From: Candidatus Liptonbacteria bacterium
Lineage (GTDB): Bacteria; Patescibacteriota; Minisyncoccia; UBA6257; 2-01-FULL-56-20
Reading direction: 5' to 3'
Assembly (NCBI GenBank): GCA_023244895.1
Contig: JAHFLL010000001.1
Location: forward strand, 178,476-242,475
DNA: 64,000 nt
A model generated the notes under the pieces. That model was given only the letters and a program-made list of their open reading frames with translations. It searched no databases and was not told the DNA's origin. The number at the start of each line of letters is the position of its first letter. The first letter of the stretch is position 1. This document shows positions 8,862-18,461 of the stretch, in pieces. A program made the translations under genes and the position numbers.

Positions 8862-10169
8862 ATGAAGAAAGCAGTAAAATCGATTAAGCGCAAAGACCTG
8901 AATTACCGCAGAATTTTCTTGGCGTCCTTGATTGCGCTCGCCGTAGTTATCATCTCGGTTGCGATACTCGCGAGTTACTACGCGAGGGCATTTATCGGTC
9001 CCGGCCAGCCCAGCGGGTCCGGAGCGGGGGCTATCGGAGTGGACTCCGCGGATAATATCAGTGTTGGTTCTTCTACCACGCGCGCCAATACTAAAATGCT
9101 CATTATCTCGTCTAGCACGGGCAGTTCCGCTTGGGCTTTGGGGGTGTATCAGCCGGATGGAACTACGCCCATCTTTCTCGTGAGAGATGACAAAAAAGTG
9201 GCGATTGGAACAAGTATCGGTTCCGCCGCGCTTACGGTGGCGGGAGACATCTCCGCTACAGGCAACATTTCCGGAACTTATACCGGAGCGGTCAGTTCTA
9301 CTAATATCCGAGCGGGAAGTTTCGGGACGGGCGTAGGAGGAGGCAACTTCAGTTTCCCGGCCAGCTTGGCAGTCAGCACGTCTTCCCCAGCCTATAACTT
9401 GGACGTATGGGGTACGGGTCGCTTTATTAACAACCTTGCCGTGGGAACGCCGATTGGCAATGGAGACGCCACGCCGAAATCTTATGTGGATGGGCTGGTC
9501 TACTGGTATGCGGGCAATGGATATCTGTATCCAGCTTCCACGACCATGAATATCGCCATCGGAACATCAACAACCCCATCTTATAAATTAGACGTGTCCG
9601 GCTCGGGGCGTTTTACAGGCAGTTTGATCGCGAGCGGGGGCATAAATCTAAACAATCAAAATATTACCGGGGTAAACAAACTTACCGTGACCACTATTGA
9701 TCCGATTTATTTGATTGATGGGCGCAAGTATGCCACTTATGTCTCGGACACAATTGGCTTAAAAATGGAGGTGTACGGAAAGGCTAAACTGCTGCGCAGT
9801 AGTGACAAAACTCAAATGTCAAAGAACAAAAAAATTGGGATTGGTAATTTAGATTTAGACATTACCGGAACCGACCACCAATATATAATCGATTTTAAAT
9901 CAGTCCCGGTTGGCTCCGACTTGTGGTTGTTTTGGCAGACCATTAAAGAAGGGAGAGATATGCAGGACATTGTAGTTTCTCTTGCGCCCGAAGGTGCTCC
10001 GGCGCGGGTTTGGTACGAGTTTCTTCCCGCCGATAGGCAATTAGTATTTCACTCCGACCGAGAAGTGACTATTTCTTATCATCTTGTAGCCCCGCGCCAC
10101 GACTCGGATAGCTGGCGGAATATTTACGAATCTGATGAACCGGGCGTACCGTTATTGATAAAAAGATAA
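8862..10169 (+). CDS. Type-II membrane-anchored tail-fibre-like protein, paralog of the 1-1773 protein
   Basis: N-terminal TM (FLASLIALAVVIISVAILA). NIAIGTSTTPSYKLDV and PKSYVDGL motifs. C-terminal MSKNKKIGIGNLDLDITGT...VPVGSDLW block shared with ORF1. Confidence 0.7.
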   Translation: MKKAVKSIKRKDLNYRRIFLASLIALAVVIISVAILASYYARAFIGPGQPSGSGAGAIGVDSADNISVGSSTTRANTKMLIISSSTGSSAWALGVYQPDGTTPIFLVRDDKKVAIGTSIGSAALTVAGDISATGNISGTYTGAVSSTNIRAGSFGTGVGGGNFSFPASLAVSTSSPAYNLDVWGTGRFINNLAVGTPIGNGDATPKSYVDGLVYWYAGNGYLYPASTTMNIAIGTSTTPSYKLDVSGSGRFTGSLIASGGINLNNQNITGVNKLTVTTIDPIYLIDGRKYATYVSDTIGLKMEVYGKAKLLRSSDKTQMSKNKKIGIGNLDLDITGTDHQYIIDFKSVPVGSDLWLFWQTIKEGRDMQDIVVSLAPEGAPARVWYEFLPADRQLVFHSDREVTISYHLVAPRHDSDSWRNIYESDEPGVPLLIKR

Positions 10170-10214
10170 GACTTAACTGTTGGGTGTCTAAAAATGCGAA
10201 GACCCCGATGCTTG

Positions 10215-10548
10215 TTTCGGAGTCTGGGCTATTTCGCCTGTTTAAAGAGCGTGGGGACGGGCTGGCGAAAGACCCGCCCCCACCAAACCCAGGAGGGACC
10301 CGGGATCACGTTTAGACGAAGGGCAAGGTGGTAATACGTACCTCCGGCAAGTTGCTGGTTGCTTGTCGGAAATATACCCCCGCGCCCCTCGTGCTGGATA
10401 GAGGATAGTACGAGAGTCCCAACGTGTCAAAAAGCAAAAACCGGACCATGGACGTTGTTCTATCCACAAGAAGAAGGCTCTTAGTGTAGATAGGTCGGCA
10501 AGTCCAAATCCGGTTTTGCTTGGCAAATATATGCTAGGAAGTTCTTCT
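10215..10548 (+). ncRNA. rnpB: Candidate RNase P RNA (bacterial type A, reduced)
   Basis: GGAGGGACCCGGGAUC resembles CR-I GGAAAGUCCGGGCUC. AAGGGCAAGGUGGUAAUACGUACC resembles the P5-P7 segment AGGGCAGGGUGCCAGGUAACGCC. UAGAUAGGUCGGCAAGUCCAAAUCCGGUUUUGC resembles CR-V UAGAUGAAUGACUGUCCACGACAGAACCCGGCUUA. A P4 pairing CCGGG/UCCGG is possible. Confidence 0.5.
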
Positions 10549-11071
10549 GGTCAAGCGTCCCAGGGGGTAGGAGGAGGTTCTGCCTGGGCTTCTGGAGGGG
10601 GGTTAGTAAATGTATTAGTCCACTAAAAAGCATTGACCAAACGGAGATTAGAGCTATTATCACCTCCGGCACATTGTTTACGCGCGGATATGGTGTTCGC
10701 GCGTTTGTGGCGGAGGATGCGTTGAATAAAACCCGCTCTGATTCTGGGACCTCACGGTCCAAGAGATCTTACGGTAAGACTCGGTCCCCCAAAGCCAAGG
10801 GAATGGTTTCTTTTCTGATCCCTCTACGCTGTCCCGGCGGCTGCGGCTCTTTCGTTAGGTGGGATGGCCGGAAGCCATACTGCATGGACAGGACCTGCAA
10901 GGGTAACGAGATCCTGACGCGCATGTCGCGTAAAGGGGGGATGTTTGAGGACATCTGCGCCGCCGCACGAGCGTTAGAGGCGTATCGCAGAAAGAGATCT
11001 TAGTGGGTGGAGGAGAAAGTCGTACGGGTACCCCAAGGTGCCCGTTACGTTTTTATGATAATCTTCTATAT

Positions 11072-11557
11072 ATGAAGGAAGTCGTTGCGATTTTACATAA
11101 TATCCGCAGTTTGCATAACGTTGGCTCTATCTTTCGCACCAGCGACGGGGCGGGAATAAAGAAGCTCTATCTATGCGGTTATACTCCCGCGCCGGAGGAC
11201 AAGCTGGGACGGACCCCATCCGACTTGGCCAAAACCGCCCTTGGGGCTGAAAAAAATATTTTATGGCAAAAGGCTACGCGGACTACAAGCCTTATTTCTC
11301 GCCTTAAAAGGCAGGGTTATAAAATTTGGGCGATAGAGCAAGATAAGAGATCCATGTCTTACACCAATGTGCGTTTGGGTAGGACAGATAAAATAGCGCT
11401 GATTTTGGGTCCAGAGGTGGACGGGCTACCAAAATCTATTTTGAGCAAGTGCGATAAGATATTAGAAATACCCATGCGGGGCGTTAAAGAATCGCTTAAT
11501 GTCAGCGTGGCGTATGGAGTAGTGGCCTATGATCTCATGGGTCAGAATCGTAAATAA
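11072..11557 (+). CDS. TrmH/SpoU-family RNA 2'-O-methyltransferase
   Basis: ALILGPEVDGL...LEIPMRGVKESLNVSVAYGVVAY SpoU motifs. ATG at 11072 preferred over the in-frame GTG at 11003. Confidence 0.7.
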   Translation: MKEVVAILHNIRSLHNVGSIFRTSDGAGIKKLYLCGYTPAPEDKLGRTPSDLAKTALGAEKNILWQKATRTTSLISRLKRQGYKIWAIEQDKRSMSYTNVRLGRTDKIALILGPEVDGLPKSILSKCDKILEIPMRGVKESLNVSVAYGVVAYDLMGQNRK

Positions 11558-11582
11558 GCTGAATGTTCTATAATTTACCCAT

Positions 11583-12056
11583 ATGCGCAAAAAGATGATA
11601 CTTATACTTCTGATCGTAGTCGTTGTGATGGGAATCCTAATCGCGAGCTATCTATCTATGAGCACGGAGTCGTCCGGCCTCAAAACCTCCCGCTTTTTAG
11701 TCGGCGAAAAGAAGATAGAGGTTGAGATAGCGGACAGTACATCTACGCGTGCCACGGGCTTGTCCTATCGTAATTCTCTGGATGAGGATAGGGGAATGTA
11801 TTTTATATTCAACTCTTTGAGCTCCCATTCTTTTTGGATGAAGGACATGAACTTCCCGATAGATATAATATGGATAAAGGACGATAAGATTGTGGGTGTA
11901 GCGGAGAATGTTCCTAATCAGCCCGGCGCGCAATTGTGGCAACTTAAAAGCTATTCTCCGCCCGAACCAGTCAATCGGGTGTTGGAAGTAAACGCGGGTT
12001 GGGCCGCAAAAAACGGCATAAAAATAGGGGATAGGGCCGAACTGACAGGGAGCTAA
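11583..12056 (+). CDS. DUF192 domain protein
   Basis: MKDMNFPIDIIWIKDDKIVGVAENVP core typical of DUF192/COG1430. Confidence 0.6.
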   Translation: MRKKMILILLIVVVVMGILIASYLSMSTESSGLKTSRFLVGEKKIEVEIADSTSTRATGLSYRNSLDEDRGMYFIFNSLSSHSFWMKDMNFPIDIIWIKDDKIVGVAENVPNQPGAQLWQLKSYSPPEPVNRVLEVNAGWAAKNGIKIGDRAELTGS

Positions 12057-12088
12057 AGAAAAGATATAATATACCCAAATAAAAACTT

Positions 12089-13117
12089 ATGAAAAAAGCG
12101 AGAATAGCCATCAATGGATTCGGCCGGATAGGGCGCCTTATATATCGTCAAGCTCTTGCTTCTAAAGACTTGGAAGTTGTGGCGATAAACGATTTGGGCG
12201 ATGTTGAGAATCTGGCGTACCTGCTTAAATATGACACGGTTTATGGGCGCTTCCCGCACGCGATCTCCGCGGATAGGGCTAAAAACGAGCTTCTAGTTGA
12301 TGGTAAAAGGGTCAAGGTTTTGCAGATTAAGGACCCGAACGAGTTGCCCTGGAAGGACATGAAAATAGATATTGCCATAGAAGTTACGGGGCTGTTTGAA
12401 TCCTTTGAGGCTGCGAAGGCGCACCTTAAGGCGGGCGCCAAAAGAGTGGTTATCGGTGCGCCGGCCAAAGATGAAGATGGCGAGGGCAGAACAATTCTAA
12501 TGGGCATAAATGATAAGTCGCTCAAGGAGGTGAAAATGTCTTCCAACGCGTCTTGCACTACCAACTCCGTAGCTCCGGTTATGGAAATATTATCCGAGAA
12601 TCCAGGCATAGAAAAAGCGATCTTAGGAACGGTTCATGCCCAGACTTCTACCCAAAATCTGGCGGATGGCCCGGTGCGAGGTGGAAAAGATTATCGTAGG
12701 GGTCGGGCGGCGGGACACAACATCGCACCCTCCACGACCGGGGCGGCGATAGCGGTTTCCCGGGTTTTGCCTAATTTGAGAAATAAATTTGATGGGTTGG
12801 CTTATCGGGTACCGGTTATAACTGGTTCAATGTCGGACATAACTTTTATTGCCAAGCGCAACGTGAGCGTGGAAGAAATAAATAATATATTAAGCAAGGC
12901 GGCCAAGCTGGCTAAGTGGCAGGGGATTTTTAAGGTGACCAGCGACCAGGTAGTTTCTTCGGACATCGTGGGCGAGCCCTACGGCGCTATCGTGGACTTA
13001 TCTCTCACCAAGGTGGTGGACGGTAATTTGGTAAAAATCATCTCTTGGTATGATAATGAATACGGTTATGTTTCCACGCTTATCCGTCACGTTCAAAAAG
13101 TTGCCCAACTAATATAA
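12089..13117 (+). CDS. gap: Glyceraldehyde-3-phosphate dehydrogenase, type I
   Basis: INGFGRIGR NAD-binding motif and SNASCTTN active-site Cys. Confidence 0.9.
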   Translation: MKKARIAINGFGRIGRLIYRQALASKDLEVVAINDLGDVENLAYLLKYDTVYGRFPHAISADRAKNELLVDGKRVKVLQIKDPNELPWKDMKIDIAIEVTGLFESFEAAKAHLKAGAKRVVIGAPAKDEDGEGRTILMGINDKSLKEVKMSSNASCTTNSVAPVMEILSENPGIEKAILGTVHAQTSTQNLADGPVRGGKDYRRGRAAGHNIAPSTTGAAIAVSRVLPNLRNKFDGLAYRVPVITGSMSDITFIAKRNVSVEEINNILSKAAKLAKWQGIFKVTSDQVVSSDIVGEPYGAIVDLSLTKVVDGNLVKIISWYDNEYGYVSTLIRHVQKVAQLI

Positions 13118-13123
13118 GACAAA

Positions 13124-13549
13124 ATGTCCAGCCACTTGAGGCTGATCGCGGTGGGTCTCATAATGTTAAGCTGGTTTTTAGTGTTTCGTGTCAGCGCGCA
13201 GGAGAATCAGTCGCCGGTCTTGCCCCAAAGGGTAACTGGCTTTTTCTCGTCGTGGAACGAGAAAGTTAATAATTTTTTCTCCCCAAAGAAGTTTCTAAAC
13301 GGAAAGAATGTGGATTGGGGCAATTGGCTTCGCGAGGCAGAGGACAGGGGTAAGACGATAAAAAATAGCACCACCACCGAGGAGGTAAAGCAATTGGGCC
13401 TTAAGGTCGCACGCGAGAACGAAGGAGTTTTCCGGGAGATTGGGCAAAAGAGTAAAGAATTCGGCGTCTGGCTTTGGAGTAAGGTTAAAATTGTGAGTAA
13501 GTCTGTTTTAAAAGAGGTGCTAGGGTTTCTGCTAGATAAAACGCTATAA
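13124..13549 (+). CDS. Hypothetical small secreted protein
   Basis: 141-aa ORF with N-terminal hydrophobic signal; no family assignment. Confidence 0.4.
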   Translation: MSSHLRLIAVGLIMLSWFLVFRVSAQENQSPVLPQRVTGFFSSWNEKVNNFFSPKKFLNGKNVDWGNWLREAEDRGKTIKNSTTTEEVKQLGLKVARENEGVFREIGQKSKEFGVWLWSKVKIVSKSVLKEVLGFLLDKTL

Positions 13550-13618
13550 TGTAAGTCTCAGGGATGTGATTCGTCGTATATCCCATAGGAGGTCAAAAAA
13601 CAACAAAAACACCAAAAA

Positions 13619-16360
13619 ATGAAAAAAACATTGATTGGATTATTGGTAGGATTGGCCTTAGTTTCTGGGCTTATCCCGTCCGGCGCAGTTCTAGCAGTGG
13701 AAGGAACGGCTTCGGTAGATAATAATTCTGCAATCAGTAAGATCACGGAGTTGATGAAACAGATCAGCGAGCTGCAGGAAAAGGTTACGAAACTAAAATC
13801 GGAGCAGGGAGTCTCTTCTCCCGGTTTCGGAGTCGGAGTGGCGGTAAAAGAGCAGTGGTCGGAAGATTCCGATTATAAGTTTGAGAAAAACCTTTCTTTT
13901 GGTGTTAGAAACGATAAGGACGTAGAGAGACTCCAGAATTTCCTCTTGGAAAAGGGTTATTATAGTGGACCCGTAACAGGCAACTATCTTTCCCTAACTC
14001 TAAAAGCGGTAAAGAAATTTCAGAAGGACAATGGTGTGGAAGATACCGGATATCTTGGTCCTAAGACTAGAGCAGTCATAAAGGACAAGGTGGTTTCTTG
14101 TACGGTTGGTCAAGATTGCGGTACGACCATCATTAAACCGGCGGAACATGTGCTCAAAATAACCACAGATTCTAGTTTAACAGCTTCGGTTGGCAAAGAC
14201 TTCTCCGCAATTTTCAAAGTTAATGGCTGGAATCCTTCCCATGGCGATTTAAACGTGGAAGGATCGGGGGTGATTCCGGGACTGTCTTGGTCTAAACCCA
14301 CAATCCAATGCATAATGGCTCCCTGCGGCGACGCGCCGATGAAAAATAGCCAGACTATCTATTTGAACGGGACGCCCACCCAGGCGGGAGTGTATCAGGT
14401 GACAGTGACCGCATCTTCTTGGTCCAGTGGTTGCAACTCCACGAGCGGTATCTGTCCGGAAATGGCTAAGCAGACCGGTTATGGTAAGGCGGAATTCACC
14501 ATAGTGGTAAATAACTCTTCTGGGACCAATTTACCCCCGGTAATAACCGGCCTAAAGGGTCCAACTTCCTTGAAGGTAGGCGAAGAGGGTCAGTGGGAAA
14601 TTAAGGCTCACGATCCGGATAGCAGTATCTTAAGCTACAGTGTAGTTTGGGGAGATGAAGTTGAAAATTCAGCCCAGAGCGCCGCTAAAACTGCCACGGA
14701 CTCTACTAGTCAAAAAGCCTCTTTTAGTCATGTCTATTCCCGTGCCGGGGAATATAAAGCTGTTTTTACGGTAACGGACGAGACGGGTCTTAAGGCTGCC
14801 GCTTCTCTCACTACGGTGGTTGGCGGCGGAGTAGTTCAGGCCGGAACTCTCATGATAGACCCATCTTCCGCTAATTTTAACGTAGGCGACGGCGGAAAAT
14901 TTGTTGCCAGTTTCACACCCATGGGCAACTGCGATGGTATCCATTGCCCCAAGCCAGCCTCTAGACTGGTTGAGGCTTCTTGGTCTGTTTCCGTTCCCGG
15001 GATAGTTACCCTCCGTCCGAATCCTTGCCCCCTCAATCAGAACTGCGAACCTTATGTTTATGTTTCTGCCTCCGTTCCCGGGAAAGTTTATCTGATTGCC
15101 AGTTATACCGAATCAGGCAATACCTACCTAACCAAGGTGCCCATAGTAGTCCAAGCGATACCGCCTACCATAGAGGCTTCTCTCAAGATAGATCCTTCTT
15201 CTGCTAGTCTTAAGGTGGGGGAGGGCAAGCAATTTGTCGCCTGGTTTGACCCTGCCGCGAACTGCGATGGGAAAAAGTGCCCCAAGCTTCCTGTTCGGCA
15301 GGTAGAGGCCTCCTGGTCTGTGTCGGCTCCAGGCGTGGCGGTAATAAAGCCAAATGTCTGTCCCAATCTACCGAATACGGGCGCATGCCTCCCCCAGGTA
15401 ACAGTTGAGGGCGTGGCTGCTGGTAGGGTGAATCTTATTGCTACCTACGAAAATGCTGGTAGGGTATATACTGCTAATGCGGTCATATCGGTCTCGTCTG
15501 TGCCAACCCCACGCGGGACGCTTCTGATTGAGCCATCTTCTCTCAGCTTGCAAAAGGGCCAATCAGGAACTTTAAGTTCGTTCTTTGTGCCCTATGTTCC
15601 ACCTTGCTCTAGCAATACTGAATCACCTTGTCTTGCGGCAGTAAAATCTCCAGTAGATGTTCTTTGGTCTAATAGCACTCCCGGCAGGATAAGCCTATCT
15701 TGTTTCTATGCCACTACGAATATGAGCCAGGATAAGCTGTGGCAGCAATGCTCTGGTAGTCAGGTTAGCGTCGGTGCTTTAGCAGGTGGTGGATCGCAGG
15801 TGCTGGCCAGCTACAAGGATGCAAACGGACAAGCCTATACAGTTGCTACGCCTATAACAGTTACAGATCCAAATCCGGTTATGGGCAAGTTGGTGATAGT
15901 TCCAAGCTCTTTGTCTCTAGAAGTTGGGAGCTCTAAGATAATGTCGCTATTTATGCAAGATCCAATGCCACCCTGTCCGGCTCCTAGGGTTTGCACACAG
16001 TCTTTACCCGCCCCCCGCCCCGTAAATGGCACTTGGTCCAGCTCTAATAATTCAATTGTAAAATTATCTTGTCCTGCGATGCCACCCTGTCCCGCCGGAA
16101 TGGCTTGCATTCAGGTTATGCCGCCTTGCACGGGTACCACTATGAATGCTACCGGAGCGAGTCAAGGCACGGCAAAGGTTAGCGCGAACTATGTGGATGG
16201 AACTGGCCAATATTACCTTGCGGAATCTTTAGTCACGGTGTCTGGGGTTGGAACGAGCTCGTCCACTGCGGCTAGCTTTAGCGCTAGTCAACAAACAGCC
16301 AATGTCTTGCAGTATCTTTACGAAACACTTTTAGGGATGCAGTCTGGTTTATCACGTTAA
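13619..16360 (+). CDS. Secreted multidomain protein: peptidoglycan-binding domain, PKD domain, about 5 Cys-containing Big_2-like Ig repeats
   Basis: Signal peptide. PG_binding_1-like YYSGPVTGNYLSLTLKAVKKFQKDNGVEDTGYLGPKT. PKD-like WGDEV...FSHVYSRAGEYKAVFTVTDETG. Repeated about 110-aa units with ASWSVS.PG and NCDG.(H/K)CPK motifs. Confidence 0.7.
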   Translation: MKKTLIGLLVGLALVSGLIPSGAVLAVEGTASVDNNSAISKITELMKQISELQEKVTKLKSEQGVSSPGFGVGVAVKEQWSEDSDYKFEKNLSFGVRNDKDVERLQNFLLEKGYYSGPVTGNYLSLTLKAVKKFQKDNGVEDTGYLGPKTRAVIKDKVVSCTVGQDCGTTIIKPAEHVLKITTDSSLTASVGKDFSAIFKVNGWNPSHGDLNVEGSGVIPGLSWSKPTIQCIMAPCGDAPMKNSQTIYLNGTPTQAGVYQVTVTASSWSSGCNSTSGICPEMAKQTGYGKAEFTIVVNNSSGTNLPPVITGLKGPTSLKVGEEGQWEIKAHDPDSSILSYSVVWGDEVENSAQSAAKTATDSTSQKASFSHVYSRAGEYKAVFTVTDETGLKAAASLTTVVGGGVVQAGTLMIDPSSANFNVGDGGKFVASFTPMGNCDGIHCPKPASRLVEASWSVSVPGIVTLRPNPCPLNQNCEPYVYVSASVPGKVYLIASYTESGNTYLTKVPIVVQAIPPTIEASLKIDPSSASLKVGEGKQFVAWFDPAANCDGKKCPKLPVRQVEASWSVSAPGVAVIKPNVCPNLPNTGACLPQVTVEGVAAGRVNLIATYENAGRVYTANAVISVSSVPTPRGTLLIEPSSLSLQKGQSGTLSSFFVPYVPPCSSNTESPCLAAVKSPVDVLWSNSTPGRISLSCFYATTNMSQDKLWQQCSGSQVSVGALAGGGSQVLASYKDANGQAYTVATPITVTDPNPVMGKLVIVPSSLSLEVGSSKIMSLFMQDPMPPCPAPRVCTQSLPAPRPVNGTWSSSNNSIVKLSCPAMPPCPAGMACIQVMPPCTGTTMNATGASQGTAKVSANYVDGTGQYYLAESLVTVSGVGTSSSTAASFSASQQTANVLQYLYETLLGMQSGLSR

Positions 16361-16442
16361 CATTCTAGAGACATAGTGTTGCAGATTTGCCCTAGCCAAA
16401 AGCTGGGGCAAACTGTTTTAGAATCTGTTATAATTACCGGGT

Positions 16443-16892
16443 ATGACAATACATATCGGCGCGGATCATCGCGGTTTTGAGTTGAAAGAAAGAATAAAAA
16501 AATCTCTAGAAGCCGAAGGCTATGAGGTTTCGGATGCGGGCAATGTTGTTAAAGACGAGAACGACGACTATACCGATTTTGCCGCGACTGTTGCGGAACG
16601 GGTAGGGCGCAACGAGCAGACTAGCCGGGGGATATTGATTTGCGGATCGGGAGCAGGCATGGTCGTGATGGCTAACAAGTTTCACAGAGTGCGTGCCGCC
16701 ATCGGTTTTTCAAATGATCAGGTTTTTGACGCGCGCCATGACGACGATGTGAATATTTTAGTATTGGCCGCAAATTTTACGGAGTACGAGCCGGCTTTGG
16801 CGATGATTAAGATATTTTTGCAAACCCCTTTTTCCAATGAAGATAGATATCAACGTCGACTAGACAAGATAGCTCGCATGGAAGATGCCTGA
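16443..16892 (+). CDS. rpiB: Ribose-5-phosphate isomerase B
   Basis: RpiB/LacAB family; ILICGSGAGMVVMANK active-site region. Confidence 0.85.
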   Translation: MTIHIGADHRGFELKERIKKSLEAEGYEVSDAGNVVKDENDDYTDFAATVAERVGRNEQTSRGILICGSGAGMVVMANKFHRVRAAIGFSNDQVFDARHDDDVNILVLAANFTEYEPALAMIKIFLQTPFSNEDRYQRRLDKIARMEDA

Positions 16893-17571
16893 GATAGCGG
16901 TAGCTATAAATTGTATGGATGCTGATTGCGCCGAAAACAAAATTCGGCACATTCTATCCTTCTTGCCTAAAGATGGTTGGCTTCATTTGGACGCCGCGGA
17001 CGGTCGCTTTACCTTTAATAAGAGCTGGCAAGACCCGAGCTTAATGCAGCGTTTAATCGGCGACTCCAATCTGGAGGTGCATATTATGGCAGAGGAGCCA
17101 GAGCTCTCTATGGAAATGTGGCTGGCTGCCGGGGCGAAGAGGATAGTTTTACATCTAGAATCGTTCTTTAAAACCACCCGCCGAGAATGTCCCACAGATC
17201 CATTCCATGCTCTAAATCAACTAAGATTGCATTGCGAGGAGAGGAGGGCGAAATTGGTATTGGCGATCAATGCCGAAACTCCGGTACGTGACCTTGAGCC
17301 ATATCTCGCTAAATTCTCCGACTTCCAAATTTTTTCTCAAGCGCATCCCGGTCCAGCGGGTCAGCCTTTTCTTGCAACGGTTTTGCCTAAGATAAAATGG
17401 TTGCGCGAGAAGTCGCCGCGAGCGATAATTGAGGTGGATGGCGGAATGGTACCGGAAACAGTGCGGCAAGTTTGCGAGGCCGGCGCGAATTGGATAATTT
17501 CCGGTTCTTATATTTTAAACAGCTCTGACCCGCTTCGCTCTTATCTTGAATTAAAGAATATAAAAGTATGA
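16885..17571 (+). CDS. rpe: Ribulose-phosphate 3-epimerase
   Basis: HLDAADGRF, EVHIM, VDGGM motifs. Overlaps rpiB by 8 nt and tkt by 4 nt (operon). Confidence 0.75.
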   Translation: MPEIAVAINCMDADCAENKIRHILSFLPKDGWLHLDAADGRFTFNKSWQDPSLMQRLIGDSNLEVHIMAEEPELSMEMWLAAGAKRIVLHLESFFKTTRRECPTDPFHALNQLRLHCEERRAKLVLAINAETPVRDLEPYLAKFSDFQIFSQAHPGPAGQPFLATVLPKIKWLREKSPRAIIEVDGGMVPETVRQVCEAGANWIISGSYILNSSDPLRSYLELKNIKV

Positions 17572-18428
17572 AAGATTTACACGAAAAACAATTGAAGTTT
17601 TTGGAAGAAACAGCTAATTTTGTCCGACAAGATGTAATTAAGATGTTGCTTGCGGCCGGCTCGGGTCACTCCGCCGGCTCGCTCGGCATGGCGGACGTCA
17701 TGACCGCGCTTTACTTCCATATTTTAAATCACAAACCCAAGCAGCCTAATTTTAAAGATCGCGACCGGGTCGTCTTGTCCAACGGGCACATTTGCCCGGT
17801 GCTGTACGCGGTTTTGGCCCGCGCGGGATATTTCCCCCTGGAAGAGCTCAAGACCCTGCGCCAGCTCGGGTCTCGTCTACAAGGACACCCCCATCGTCTT
17901 GCTTTGCCTGGCATAGAAAATAGTTCCGGTCCGCTTGGTTCTGGACTTTCCCAGGCGATAGGCATGGCGCTTACTGCCAGAATGGATGGGAAAAAACATC
18001 GGATATATTGCCTAATGTCGGACGGAGAACACCAGGAGGGTAATACTTGGGAAGCTATTATGTCCGCGAGCAAGTACCGGCTTTCCAATATTACGGCCAT
18101 TATAGATCGCAACCATATTCAGATAGACGGCTTTACCGAAAACATAATGCCGCTTGAACCCCTTAAGGAGAAGTATGAGTCTTTCGGCTGGCAGGTGCTG
18201 GAAGTAAGCGGCCACAGCTTTGAGTCTATAATTTCCGCCGTCGCGGAAGCGCAAGCTATCCACGAGAGGCCAACCGCAATTATAGCTCACACCATTCCCG
18301 GCATGGGAGTCAGTTTTATGGAAAATGACTATATCTGGCACAGCAAGGCGCCCAAATCGGAAGAAGCCAGGTTGGCGCTTAAAGAGCTGAGAAGTCTGGG
18401 CGGGAAGATAAGGTCGGAACACGAGTAA
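17568..18428 (+). CDS. tkt: Transketolase, N-terminal (TPP pyrophosphate-binding) subunit
   Basis: GSGHSAGSLGMADVMTALYF...SDGEHQEGNTWEA. Split-type transketolase. Confidence 0.85.
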   Translation: MKDLHEKQLKFLEETANFVRQDVIKMLLAAGSGHSAGSLGMADVMTALYFHILNHKPKQPNFKDRDRVVLSNGHICPVLYAVLARAGYFPLEELKTLRQLGSRLQGHPHRLALPGIENSSGPLGSGLSQAIGMALTARMDGKKHRIYCLMSDGEHQEGNTWEAIMSASKYRLSNITAIIDRNHIQIDGFTENIMPLEPLKEKYESFGWQVLEVSGHSFESIISAVAEAQAIHERPTAIIAHTIPGMGVSFMENDYIWHSKAPKSEEARLALKELRSLGGKIRSEHE

Positions 18429-18461
18429 TTTGATCCGAATGCCACGAATTTAAACCATATT

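Noticed and set aside
8959-9183. 74-aa + ORF (Arg/Pro-rich) internal to the tail-fibre gene
   Set aside because: Out-of-frame overlap with a strongly supported CDS; no independent coding evidence.
10674-11003. 109-aa ORF (possible zinc-ribbon small protein from internal ATG 10803)
   Set aside because: Overlapped by equally long ORFs on the opposite strand in a GC-rich palindromic region. No RBS-supported start for the full ORF; more likely structured RNA. Kept only as a low-probability alternative.
10550-11070. tmRNA (ssrA) or SRP RNA in the GC-rich spacer
   Set aside because: Could not find the tRNA-like 3' end (T-loop GGUUCGA..CC + CCA) or the 5' GGGG...UUCGACG of tmRNA, nor the SRP domain-IV GGAAGGAAGCAGC motif. 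Left as unresolved structured RNA.
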